From the NCBI GenBank assembly GCA_046563655.1, contig CM102284.1, positions 4,092,001 to 4,156,000 of the forward strand: 64,000 nt of DNA, given 5' to 3'. Under the pieces are notes generated by a model, which was not told the DNA's origin, did no database searches, and was given only the letters and a program-made list of their open reading frames with translations. The DNA is from Yuukianura sp. NJ FZ-2021. Its lineage: Eukaryota. A program made the translations under genes and the position numbers. This document shows positions 49,360-62,500 of this stretch, in pieces; the first letter of the stretch is position 1, and every line of letters begins with the position of its first letter.

Positions 49360-49720
49360 GACGTTATCGCTTCAGTATCCTGATTTAGCCTTTGAGAAAT
49401 CTCTGCCATTGCGTAACCTGTTTTGTAACGCCTCCGCAAACTGTGCAGAAGCCGAAATAAGAAAAGATTAAAGGAACGCTTCAGAATCCACTTCTTCCAC
49501 CGAAATTTGTAACCGAAATTTAAGCCAAACTGACGCTATTGCTACAGCGTTTTGCTTTACCGTTTGAGAAATCCTTGCCGTTTTGTAACGTTGTTTGTAA
49601 CTCCTCTAGAAACTGTGCAGACCACGACATGAGAGAAGATTAAAAGAACGCTTCAGGATCCACTTCTTCACGGAAGACGGAAATTCGTCACCGAAATTTA
49701 AGCTAAAGTGACGCTATCGC
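49360..49720. repeat. Two diverged tandem copies of a ~175-bp unit
   Basis: 'tttgagaaatc...tgtaac...aaactgtgcag...aagattaaa.gaacgcttcag.atccacttcttc...ccgaaatttaagc.aaa.tgacgctat.gct' occurs twice. Confidence 0.85.
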
Positions 49721-51824
49721 TGTGCCTTGCCATCATAAATCAATGAAAACGTAGGGGGTTTCGCGAATCGCTGAAAACTTGATGCTGGTTGGCAGCTTCG
49801 GATCAGGAACCAAGCGCTGTTACACTTAACGCTGAAACTAAAAAACAATGCGCTACAACAAAGATCAAAGGAGATGCAAAAAATACTGTTTACTTTTGAG
49901 TATGTGTCTCGCCTTTTCAAGTTTGTGAAAGAAAGTCTCTTTTTTGAAAATTCTAAAGAAACAGTTCGCTGACCTTGTGCCCATTTCATGTTCTAAGCAA
50001 ACAGATATGTACATGGAGAGGAAAATTAAAAAGCAAATCTTCAAAAAATTGGAGTTCAAGTTCGGCTGTATCTAAAATTTAATTTTACCTTTTTTCATCC
50101 TAATTTAAAAGTGCAACGTCTCAGTGACCAAGTTTGAAGAATTCCGCTTATATTGCATCGGAGAAAATGGGACACACCAAGATTTATGGAGATGGATTTG
50201 CCGGTTTGACAACATGACACTTTTGTTGTTGACACTTTGACGTTGACGAGGGTGTCCTAAAGTAGCCAGAGTCTTGCACAGACCAACTTTCTGCTTCTGG
50301 TCATCATTACGTATTCTGAAGACGAAACGCCATGAAAAATGTTACAATGCAGCAGAATATAATGAAGAATGGTTCACGTTTCCTGAGAAAAATCGGACAC
50401 TGTGAAAATGGTTCCGTCGTCACCGTATGGTCGTGGCCATTGACACGTTTCCATTTGATGTAGGTTTTTACGAAGGAAGTGATGGTGATGGTGAGAAAAT
50501 GAATTGTGGTGCTTTGGTCAAATGGGGACTGAACGCACAATGGGAATTGTGTTTTCTTTCCAAAGTATTTTGAGGAGGCCCGTTGGATTTGAACTTATGA
50601 CCACTTCCGAAGATACAAGCAAATGGCTGGACATCATTTTGATAAGTTTCATAACTGCCGTCGCTGCTGCTAAAGAGGAAGCATCTGATGGAAGCATTGT
50701 AAACAAAGAAAAAAAATGGAACGCGTGACATGCCTAATAATAAACACTTCATTTCTGCAGCGAGTTCAATTTCATACAGCGATACTGCTACGACGAAGTC
50801 GAACTTGGTAAAGTGTAACGTGTGGCTAAAATGAAGGAAATTCTTGCGACAGCGCTGAAAGGAACTAAAATCTAAACACTAAATGAATATAATGTTAACA
50901 TTCGTTAACAAAACCTCAATTATGAAGACAATTGATCTTGTATCCAAAAGCACAATCATTATGAATGAATAAATAAATGAATTTTGAAGAATTTTGGTGA
51001 ATCAGTTTTCATATTTCTTGTACGAAACTTTTCAAAATGTTCTTGAATAATTTAGGATATCGATCGCGTAGGAAAAACGGATTTTATTTACTTACAAAAT
51101 TGTACTACTATTAAGTTTTGATTAACCAAACTTTAAGAGGCTGTGCAGTTGCACTTTTAATTTAAAACTGAAACTGTTTGAATAGTAGATTTCATTAGTG
51201 GAATTGTGGAGGGCATCTTGGTAGCTTTCTCTGCTTTCTCCAGCTGCCACCCCGAGATACTAACATGACTTTTCACTTTGATCTAGTTGTGATGCAACCC
51301 CCTCGGGGTTAGCCCTACAGCCACTCATATGGACTAAAAGCCAAGGATCATCAAAGCTGCTGCAACCTAATTACTCGTGACCTTTGACATTTCCTTAATC
51401 TTTGAACTCCGACCATCGCCTTGAAGTTAGAATGGATACCACAACAGGGCACAGGATTTAAAGTTTAATTTGGTTAAAAACTTTCTCGGATTTCGTTTCT
51501 TTTTAGTTCAACTGTAAATTCAAAGTTTGTAAAAGTAAATAAGTAATTATGCAGCCCCCTGCAATCAGCACCATTAGCAACCAACGCAATTTTTTGTTTG
51601 TGACGTCACCACCAGCTGAAACAATACCGTAATCGTGATATTTTAACCCGCTGGCATCTATGTAAAGAAGATGCGGTTTGCGGGTTTCTATAGGACACCA
51701 TCGTTAATACGCAGAATTCCGGTATTTTTCAGCGGGTGACGTCATTTTTTTTTCCACATGGCAACCAAACAAACTTTCTATCCGCACTACCTAGTAGTAT
51801 TCTAGTATTTACCTTGGTAATTAT

Positions 51825-52315
51825 CAAGGTAACTAAACATAAATACACACGCGCTTTCTAAGGTAGTCTCACGAGCGGTTTTTTCAGCTATTTTTGCGAT
51901 ATTTTTTGGTGGGGCGGATTGTTTATTTTTTAAACATTCCTCTGACAACGTTTTCCTTCGGTCGGAGTACAAAATCAAATTCCTCAATTGTGACCATCCA
52001 GTGTACCCAATCATCGGGCTAGTGGTTTACAGGATTTTAGGATTGGAAAATGAAGTAAACAAATTTTACGCTTATAATTACTACGAATTCAATGCAACTC
52101 AATGACAAATAGTGGATCTGCGTAAAATACTGAACGCTGGGTACAACTAAACACATCATTGTTACCTCAACCAACCTTTGTACGAATTTTATACAGTTTT
52201 ATTTCCTTGGAAACCTAACAATCCGCCCCACCAAAAAATATCGCAAAAAAATATTAAAAAACCGCTCGTGAGACTACCTTAGAAAGCGCGTGTGTGTTTA
52301 TGTTTAGTTACCTTG
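51825..52315. mobile_element. Non-autonomous DNA element with ~100-bp TIRs and 8-bp TSD (P-element-like; hAT not excluded)
   Basis: CAAGGTAACTAAACATAAATACACACGCGCTTTCTAAGGTAGTCTCACGAGCGG... mirrored at ~52218-52315; TSD GTAATTAT at 51817-51824 and 52316-52323. Confidence 0.85.
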
Positions 52316-53197
52316 GTAATTATGAAGTTAACAATCGGCCCACTAATGAACAAACTAGAAAATTGAAAAACAGGAAAATACGATGTTGAGTCAACACACT
52401 TTGAAAATTTAGTAAACCTTCCAGGTTTTGAAAACAATCTTTGAATTTTGAGTGAACATTTCGGATTTTGAGATCAAACGAATCATACTGATTGTCACTG
52501 TCGTACACCGTTGACACGATGAGCCGTCACCACCGTCTCATCTATCAAGTGGGTTTTACAAAAGTGTTTGAGACTTTCGAAATGTTGTTGAACTAAAACG
52601 ATGAGACTTTTCGGGTGGGTGAGGGTGTTCTACTCTGATTACTTCTATTGTATAACATTTCACACTCTTTGACAACATACAACTCACTTCAAACGGTGTT
52701 TCTTTTTCAAACGTTAGGCTAACCTTACTTATGAAACTTTGATTAGCCTTCGAATGTGGGATGGCAACAATTGAAATTCAGAAGGTGGGATTCCACTTGG
52801 TGGAGGACCATGGTTCAACGCTCTGACACAAAGTGTTCACAGTACCAACAAGGATTCTTAAGTTAACTCTTCAGAATTGTTTGGGTGTTCAACTCGTTGG
52901 TTGGAAATCGTTGAGTAGTGACCACGTTCTGTCTGGGAAGCTCACGGTTTTTAGTATTGAGTGTTTGTGACGACAGTTGAGCAGACGCAGTGAATCAAAG
53001 TCTCTGGACTGCGCAGTGGGCAAAGAAAACGCTTAAGAATCTTACAACAAATTCATCAAAATTTCCAAAAAAAAAAAACAAACAAACAAAACAAAACAAA
53101 TAAACAAAAAACAAAATTGAACTCAGTTTTCACCTTTTTAAATTTTGGATTCACGCTGAGGGAAAGCAGCGTTTAGCTTACTTTCACCAACAAAAGA

Positions 53198-54392
53198 ATG
53201 TGGAAAGTGAACTTAGCAATTTTCGGCGTTGTGGTAGCCATTCTGAGCCCGACTGAAGCTTCGACTTTGGAATCTAGCAATCTTGGTAAATAATTTTGGA
53301 TTTAAATTAAAATTAAAGTTAATGAAACGTCAAATTTTCTTAAATTTTCTCCCATTACCACAAATTCTGGAGTGGAGGACGTGGTCTAAAATCTACTAAA
53401 GTCAAAGTCTGATGAGAAAATAATGGAGTATACTCATCTTTATTACGCAGCGAAACAACATTAGACCGTGAAATCGCTTTTGAGATTTATGTTTAGCGTG
53501 CTCTTTTTTAGCACAAAATTGCAGAGAAAAAAAATGAGCAAACAAAAAATTTGATACGTGGTTGAGGAGAAAGTGAAACTGGAACTTAACGAGCAAAAAA
53601 TTAAAAACGCATACTTTCTTTCGGAAAAGCTCAAACTAAATTTTACTAGCAATTGACCATTTTCTCAAATTGTGCTTAATTTTGTTTGTCTCCTCTCGAA
53701 ATTGAAAAAGTTAAGCTAACTTTTTAATTTCAGCTGAATTGGAAATGAAGAAGGCTTTGGGCGGAACGGCTTGTACCAAACTGCAACACGAAGTTCAAAA
53801 GGCAATAATTCTGCACAAATGGAGTTTGGAAAACATCAAGTTCCAGCAACGGCTTAAAAAGTTTCCAAAGTACATCGTCACGATCCAGTCCGTCGAACCG
53901 GTACACGAACCACTCGTCGAACTTCGCTGTCCCGGCGGTACCGGTCCCCATTTCAAGGATACTCCGAACCTTGAATTCTATTTCCACGAAACCCGGTTTC
54001 AAGCGTCATCAGTTCGGCTCTTCGATATCCAATCCATTTTCCCAATTCACACCGGTAGCATGAGCATCAAAGTCAAGTTGGATCCACTGGTGGTGACACT
54101 TGACAAGGTCATTGGCATTGGATCAAGAATTATAGGTCAACTACCAGATATCAATGATGTTTATTATGCAGCTTCTCTAGCAAATTCGGATTATGCAAAA
54201 GAACATCGGGAAAATTCGGGTGAAGAAGCGATTGAAGCCGACCAAGACGAGGGAGGCGGTCTTCTTAAGGTCGAACGCGAAATTGAAACGATTTTTACAA
54301 ACCGAATCAAACCGGACGTTCAAAAACAGCTTAAACTCATTGTTTCGACGGCTGTTCGGAAATTTTTTACACAAAATTTCTACCGTACATAA
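53198..54392 (+). CDS. Secreted protein of unknown function (~250 aa); exons 53198-53285, 53734-54392
   Basis: Signal peptide 'MWKVNLAIFGVVVAILSPTEA' spliced in phase 1 to the 217-aa ORF. Confidence 0.7.
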
Positions 54393-54621
54393 GCACGCTA
54401 CTTCTGTTCAGTTCCCCTTGAGCACTTATTTCTGCCTTAATTTATGAACCATGTAACATTAACTTGTAATTTATTACAATGTTGCGCATGCTCTCTTGAG
54501 TTTGAGCACAGGTCGCTGCATCTTCGTCAGAAACCACCGATTTCAGCAATAAAACATTAAAAAATGTTTAAAATCATCATCAAATTGATCTTTTTCTTGA
54601 AAAACTTGTTTCAAAAATGTT

Positions 54622-55875
54622 TCAGCAAAGCTCGAGCGAAACAAATGCGCCTGAGCGAAGCCGACTTGCAATAGGATCGTCATACTCATCTCCTCGAATG
54701 ATACGGTGACTTCCGTTACATCCTTCGTCATCCCAAAGTAGGACACAGAGACCTAAAGTACAAAATTGGACATGGTCAAGGTCATTACCCCCGCCCCTCA
54801 AGTATGTCAGTTCCACTTGGGCAGGTCAACGTAAATTTACGTTAAAGTTTAAACTTCACCCAGCGTGTCAATGGAGGTCACTTTTTTTCGCCAGTTGGAA
54901 GGAAGATCCAAGCACTCGTCGTCGTCAATGTACAGAACCTTACTGCCTGCCACTAAAAAATAACAATGAGATGTCATGCTAAGATTGTCAACTGTGAAGA
55001 TCCCATTGTCATCAGTATGTTTCTTGTCAACGGTGTACCTTGATAGTCGTCATTGTCAAAGATCTTGACAGCAGCCCTCTGGGAATTCGTGGGTTCCAAT
55101 TGGGTCGTGTCTACAAAAGTGTGTCGCCAAATGTCAACGTGTGTAAATTATTTAAGCCCATGGTTGAGCTTATGACGTTCATGATTTTAGCGATAGACAT
55201 TTAGCGAGAATGGTTACTGTTTAATACTGACGAGGGAACATTCCCAACCGGTCGTCAACTTTTTGAATTTAAAAAATCCAGTCATATTCTGTATGTCAAA
55301 AGAAAATTCTCTGCAGTAGTTGCGGTTGCCAATGCCAAAAAAAAAGTATCCTGACCTGGACTCGAACCCATGGCCTTACTCCAGAAAAAAAAAACGAGAA
55401 AAAATACTTACTATTTTTTAAATTCAAAAACTTGACGACCGACCGGTTGGGAATGTTCCCTCGTGAGTATGTTTGAGTGTGTTTCAGCTTACATGCAGTT
55501 TTGGCCGCAACCTTACGTTCCGGTACGGGCGTGCGTGTTGGTTTTGGTCGATATCGCTGGAGGTAGTTGACATTCAAGTCCTCGATGGCTTCAGCGTCCT
55601 CTTCATTCGACAGAAGTTCCGCTATGTTTTGCGGATCTCCTGGAATATCCAGTGCAACTTCCTTTTTGAGTGTTGTGGTGATGGTTGCTTTTGTACATTT
55701 GACCTCTTGACATGACAGAAAAGCTAGAGAGGTCAAAAGTCATTTATCAAACAAAAGAATCTACGAAATAAAAAAACGAAATTAACGGCAACAGGAACTA
55801 CTTTTTACCAATGGCGGTTGAGATCACAATAAAATTGAGTGTTGCGTAATTGCGACGAAGCGGTTCGCACGGCAT
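54622..55875 (-). CDS. Putative small beta/gamma-crystallin-like (Greek-key) protein; exons approx. 55875-55809, 55723-55493, 55110-55039, 54947-54861, 54752-54622 (5' junctions uncertain)
   Basis: Last three exons join in phase 1 to give 'AAVKIFDNDDYQ|GSKVLYIDDDECLDLPSNWRKKVTSIDTL|GLCVLLWDDEGCNGSHRIIRGDEYDDPIASRLRSGAFVSLELC*', two (F/W)xxxx(Y/C)xG ... S motifs. Confidence 0.55.
55227..55467. mobile_element. Tc1/mariner-type MITE in an intron
   Basis: TA|CTGACGAGGGAACATTCCCAACCGGTCGTCAAC...TTGACGACCGACCGGTTGGGAATGTTCCCTCGTGAG|TA; ~50-bp TIRs, TA at both ends. Confidence 0.8.
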
Positions 55876-56596
55876 GTCTTTAGACGCTGAAAAATCAAAA
55901 CAGAACTGAAAAAATTCCGGGTTCGGGGGTACAGGAAAAACCGTGGAAAATAAGAGTCAATTGATTTTAATTAAAAGTTAAATGAGGAAAGTAATCAACC
56001 AAATACGCAGTGACGAACGACATTACTCCTACCCTCAGAATCGACATCATAAAAAGCATGCAGACCAATGTGTTCGACGAAATTCAAAATTATTTCTCAA
56101 AACTAAATTCAAAGAAAGTTTAGGTAAACAAAATTTTTCGGTGAGATGGCGGTTGTACAACTTTTTCACGAAGACCTGCAGTGAGTTGAATTTTTTTTTC
56201 ACAAAAAGTAGGTCAAAGGTCACGAGTCAAAATATTTTTCTTTGTCTTGCAAAAATCTGCTGTTAGACCCGATTTCTAGTTAATTTCGACATCATAACAA
56301 AATGGAGTATTTCCGAAAGGTTTGGTTTCGGTTCTACATTTTGAGTATCAGAAAGGTACAAACAATTTATTTTTTTTTTGTAACCTAACCATGCTGATTT
56401 TTTACTTAATAAATTATAAAAGAAATTATAATAATATGTGAAACAAGTGGGGAGGGGGCTACGTTTCTCACTGGAAGTAGTTCAATGACTGAATAACAGC
56501 TTGTTTGGTAATGTAATGATTACCAGGCTCTAAAAATAATTTGACAGATTGGTTAGTATGATCTAGAGGCTAAAATTGACAAATATGTTCATGTCT

Positions 56597-59500
56597 CTAT
56601 TTGACATTCCGAACAAACTCGGAAACATAGTCTCGGGAAATCGCAATACTGGAATGGAATCGACCATTTCGGTTAAGATCCTTTGGCCACGGAATAAGTG
56701 TCCACGTATTCAACGATGGATTGTAGCATTCCATGCTTTGTTCATATGGGTCTGTTCCATTTCCACCAACGACGTAAATCAGTCCATTCATTTCAAAAAC
56801 TCCTACAATTTAAAACAAAACAATCGATTAAGCATGCTGTGAAGGAATTCTAATAGTATCTAGAAATTAATGCTTTATGTACCGTAATATGCTCTTCCAT
56901 GATTCATAGGAGCAACCAATTCCCATTTGTCCATATCTGCATCATAAACTTCCACTGAAGTTAACAATCGTGCTACCTTGTCTTCACCGCCAATTGCATA
57001 CAATCGATTTCCATGAGGAAATAATTTGAAACATCGTCGTCCCACATTCATTGATTGAACGCTCAACCATGATGTATCTTTGCTACAATATATTTCTACT
57101 TCCTTCAATGCCTGAGCGTTCGATGAGTTTCCATCTCCCTCGCCTTTGTCAATTCCAATTCCACCAGCCTAAGCAAAACACATTAATAAGACTATCGTTG
57201 CTATTGCTAATATGGAGAGTAAGCTTCATGTTTTGAACATACCGTGTACAGAGTGTCGCCAAAGAAGGCTGAAGCATGACAGCTCCTTGGAAAGTGTAGA
57301 AACGAATTCCCTTTCCATTTTCTTTTAGACGGTTCAACCTTCAAATCCAATTTCTCCACTACGTTTGTTACAACAACGTTTCTGAATTTATCATTCATGT
57401 CACCTCCAATCTGAAACAGACAAAAAATTAAAGTTTAAAATACTATTATACTATTTAACGTTATGATTTTGTCTTATTAAGTTGAGCTTTAAATTATAAA
57501 TACAATACCACATAAATTGAGTCCACAGCACTTGAAACTACTGCACTGAAGCATCGTCGCGCCTTACGTATGGTAAACGCTGGTTGCGGTTCTTTGCGAC
57601 CTCCAGTAAAAATATCTACGTGGTCAGATGAATCCATGGTACCCCAAATTGAGGCATCCGCCTTCATCCCAAATACGGATGATCCCCCAATGTCGTAAAT
57701 ACAGTTTCCAACTTGAACCATAGACGAGAACTCCCTTGGACGTTTCACTTTATGAAGCTTATGAAGTGTATTGCTCTAAAAAATTAAATTGGTTTAAATA
57801 ACAAAATAGCATGAATTCTCCTAATTGTATTTGAGTGTTAAAATACCTTAAAGTCGTAACCTTCCAAATAGCGGGCTCCGTTCTTGATAACTGCATACAC
57901 AAGGACATGTTTCTCCAAACGTTCTCTGGCATTAAAGCGTGTAGCGGGTGGTGACAACGTCGATGCCAAATTGAAACTAGAAGCCGCAACCTGTTTAGCA
58001 GTTTGAGTGGGGTTGGAGGAACCCCAATCCGAATCTGAATCCGATGCAGGTCCAGTCAGAAGAGACTGAGTTTGAGACATGTCTGTAGCCAGAGTAGATG
58101 TTGTTCCAGTACATGGTTCAGCATTGCTTGTTTTATCTGGAATCGCTGTTCCTACCAACGCATTCGATTCCGGCTTAGGTACTGTCGCAGATTCATGTTG
58201 AGTTGATGAACTTCGTGTTCTCATATTCAAAGTGATTGAACTAGGAGCTCCACTCGTCGTAGGATTTGGACTGATTGATGTCGCTGATACTCCAATAACT
58301 GGACTCGAAACAGGTTTCGGAGAACTTGCTGGAAACTGGGTAATTTCGATATCTGTTCTCATGGAAGTAGAAGTTTCAGCAGTCATCGGGTCGGTATAAC
58401 TCTTTTGAGAAGCCTTTGTTACTAGAATGGGAGCATTTTGTTCCGACTTGACCGAAAAAGTAGTAGTCTCGTGGTCTGTAAAGTATGACACTGACGACGT
58501 TGGTTTTTGAATAGGAGAGGTCCAATCAACTTTGCACTTTTGCTCCACTTCTACCAATTTCACTTTAAAGTCGTCCGCGAAAGTATCAGCACTGTTATCG
58601 ATTCCACTTCCACTGCCGCTAGCATTGTGCATTTCGTAAGCCTTGTTTGCTAGTACTTGGTTATGGAGCTGGACACAGTCTGGAATAGATGACAACAGCG
58701 ATCCCGGAGCAAAGGCTTGGCGGAGCACGCGTGGTGAAGCGTCAAATATTTTGCCTAAATCTAACTTTAACACGAGCGGATAGATTTGGTCCTTCCGATT
58801 GGCGAGATCAGCAATAGCCCAAGTTACCACTGCTTTGAGCAGCAAAACGTGCGGTACACCCGTTTTCACTGCTTCCGTCATGTAAACGTTCATCTACAAA
58901 CAAAAAGTACCAAATGTTTATTAAACCTCAACCAATTCAATAGTCAAATTTAATTGAAATAAATTATTGCTTTGCTAACCTCATCGAAAGAAACGTTCGA
59001 AACGAGTGGATTATCGATTGCTTTCTCCAGATTTTTGATTATGTAACTATTGATAATGTCCAGAAGTTTCTTATTTTGCTTCTCCTCTGCAGTTGCTTTC
59101 AGTGTCCAGCAATTGATCAGGCCTTGGATCTCAAATTTTTCAACCACGGCTAACAGGTCTTCCAAAGTAAAAGTATCCTTCAAGAAGAGTTCACGGGAAT
59201 AGTACATTCTAACGACCAAAATTTGGTGTTAATTTCTAAACCAGTTATTAGAGTTGTTCAGTAGCAATCTGAAATAATGAGAATCTCGGACAAACCTGAC
59301 TACCGCTTCGACTGCCGCTGCGTTCAAACCTGGAATGCTAATCACGTCGGCGGCAGCAAGAGAATTCGGCGAGAGCTGTTTTTGCACAAACGGTATTTGT
59401 TGTAGCATAATCCTATGCGCGAAAATATCGGATCGAACCCCATCAAGGTTAGTGTCGGCGGAGTGGTCCGGAGAAGCACAAGCACACAAAAGAAGATCCA

Positions 59501-61174
59501 CATATCTCTTGTTCCTGTAATTTACAGCGTAAATAAAATTAATACGAGACTCTTTTTTTCATGAATAACAATTGCTCTAAAAAGGGATACTTGGACAAAA
59601 CTTCACCTTCGGTCTTCTTCAGTGTAAGTAATGATTGGGAGTGGCATGGCCATGGACATTGTTACAAGCTTGTGAGACGTGGTAATGCAACTTGGAGTTT
59701 CCGACTTCAATTTCCCAGGAAGTGGAGAGGATACCGATGGTTTTGGAGTTTCGTTTAAACTCAGCGTAGTAGAGGACACCGCGGGAGCTTCTGAGTTGCG
59801 CAAAAGGCCTGGCACCGCTGTCTTTAGCGTTGATGACCCTACGATGGCTTCTGAAGTAGATGACGGCGATCCCTGGACGTTCTGCCGTTGTTCTTTTTGC
59901 GATGAAGTCAATGGTAGCATAGATGGAGCCACGGCAACTGCTACTGTGGGAAACATTGGCGAAGAGTTCGATAATGAGTTGATTTCTGGTCGAGGTATGC
60001 CAGTTTCAGTTACAGCTGTCGCTGTCGGAATGGACACCGCGATCGGAATCGGAGCTGCAATTGTACTAGCAGGAACTGGTGTCCTTGGGGAAGTACGGTG
60101 GTCCTCTACTGCATCAAATGTGAGGTCACGTCGAGGTGGGCCTGTATCTTTAATTAGTCCTGAGTTACGAACGTTACAGAGGTTTGAAGACCAAGCGCAT
60201 GCAGGCTCCAATCGTAGGTCAAGAGTGTCCGACGTACCTGAAGCAGAGTTTCCTCGTCCGGTTGGTTCCTCGTTTCCTCGTTCGACCTGGTCAAACTCAG
60301 AACGGGTCACGGGAAGAGAATCGTATTCCTGACATTCCTCAGAGCGACTGGTTGCAGAGGGTTTGGAAGCAGAAAACGGAACCGGAGCCGTAGGGCGCTT
60401 TACGTACATCACAGGCGCAACTCCTGGCCTTGAAGGCACTTTGGATGCGATTATGATTGTTGGTACTACCTTGGAATTCGAAAGTAGGGTTTGTGAGATA
60501 CCGCTGGCAATGCCAGTATTGGTCTTCTTAATGGGAATGTTGCACAACCGTTGTTTCGAATGAGTTACGGGGCTTTTCGTCGTTTCCTTCTCCTTCTTCA
60601 TGACACTTGATGCTTCAGAGTTGCAGGATTTTGGAGATATGAATTTTTTCTTAAAAGAATGACGGGATGGGCCAAATTCAGCCTTCTCATCGTCACTACT
60701 TGCTGCCGAAGAGGAACTACCAATGTCTATAAGATCAATTACCGTATGGGAACGCGTTGTCGTTCTATGGCCATCAAAAGAGCATATAGCACTCGCCGAT
60801 GACGGGGAAATATTCCGTGGACTATGACTCTGCTTTCTGCGCTTGTGCTCTGGAGAACTAGTCGGTGTAGAGGTTACAGAAATCGTGGAATAAGTAGTAG
60901 ATGACGAATCTTGTCTTCGCCGAGAATGCTTTCTACTAGTTTCAGATTTTGCCGGGCAGAGTTGTGTAGATGTAGAATTTGAGGGGCCTGAAACTGAATC
61001 AGTGCTCTGGGTAATATTCGTAGAAGAGGACGGTTGCGGGTTCTGTATCGTTGCAGACGAACCAATTTGACCTGTGGTTTTGGCTTTCTCAACAGCATCA
61101 CCTTGACATGAAAGAGGCATCGTTCTTATTTCTTCTGGTATACTTGGACACGGCGTGGTCGTACGAACCAATTC
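56597..61174 (-). CDS. Atypical BTB-BACK-Kelch (KLHL-like) protein with long S/T/P-rich N-terminus and insert; start uncertain
   Basis: BTB-like 'DLLL...IFAHRIML...AAVEAVVR|MYY..EL...LEDLLAVVEKFEI'; BACK-like 'LLKAVVTWAIADLANRKDQIYPLV'; Kelch repeats 'NCIYDIGG', 'NRLYAIGG...SVEVYDADMDKWELVAPMNHGR', 'GLIYVVGG...SMECYNPSLNTW'. Confidence 0.8.
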
Positions 61175-62500
61175 CTAAAACAAAAAATCAAATTGACATA
61201 CTAGTACTTGTTGCCTGAACGTGAATTCGTTAGTTACCTAAATACCTTGATATAATTCCGGAAGTACACAATTTTATTAGATTAATTAGGCTATCCGGAA
61301 TACATCTTACCTGATTGACGGACAGGGAAGCAACGTATTTACGTATTAGTAGTTAACTACTGAAATTGACTTTACTAATTAGTGGTTATAAATAAATGAT
61401 ATAAATGATCGATCATACGGTGGTTGGTGATGGCAGGTCGAAAACTCGCCTCATCCAAATCCAATGCAACGCGCAGAGAGCCAAAAAAAAAAGATGAGGA
61501 AATAGCATCTCCCTAAACGGCGGATTGCTGATTCTAGCGTATCGATGAGCATTTCGACGAAAACGCGAATCCACGCACACAATACAATGCAAAGGCATAT
61601 TTTTGCACACTATATACTCAAAATTAATGTAATTTCGCAAAGTAATATGTATTATTCCTTTCCCTAGAACAATAGGTATTGGCTGCTGTTGGGGAAGTTA
61701 TAAATTCCACTTTTGCAATTGATCTTTACGACGCCTGCATCAAAAAGTTTTGACTTCGCGTTAACGTCTGCGAGCTTTCAAGGTCTTAACGATGGCACAT
61801 TTAGCATTTTTTCAACGCCGCAAGTGCTAAGGTCAATCGAACAACAGGAAACCTTACGACTACAGAATTCATTTGTTCTAATTCCAAGGATTCTGAGGTT
61901 TAGTTACCACCGTAGTTTTTACACAGCCTCAAAATAAGTAAACAGCAAAAGCAAACAAGCAAAGTAAAACTTCGGAAATCTGAATTACCAGTTCTGAATC
62001 ACTGGACTGGAGGTTCTCAGTTGTTGTTGGTGAGGTTGGATAAGGTAAGTAAATCGTAAAAATCGAATAATACTAAAGTCACCAAACATGTCACGTTAGC
62101 TGCGTACTTTAGTTTTGTATTCTGCACTCTGCAGACTGCAGTACAAGGTCTTAACGCTTACGTAATTTTTGTTGTTTTAGAGCATCACAAGAACACAATA
62201 AACAAGCGTCAGCTGATTATTTTTTCACGTGGGTAATCTCAGCACAAGTCAGTGTTGTTACAGCACGGCGTATACGATTCCGGGATACACCGTTGACGAC
62301 GACGTTTCAACCTAAAATAACTTCTGGAAGGCAGTAACGTCGTAGTTGACGTGAGTTACGCTTACGGAGTCTATCTTAACCTTCAAGGTCCTAAAACTGC
62401 AGCTAAAGTAATTCGTATTATGAATTGTACCGTTAGAATAATCGTATCGTTTTAAATCCCGGTCATATATTTTTATTATTTTTCAGTTCTCACACGGAAA

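Noticed and set aside
43545-52000. Scattered short ORFs upstream of the GPCR
   Set aside because: Low-complexity F/K/L-rich translations of AT-rich DNA; more likely 5' UTR introns or regulatory region.
59679-60332. 217-aa plus-strand ORF
   Set aside because: Antisense shadow of the S/T/P-rich Kelch-gene exon.
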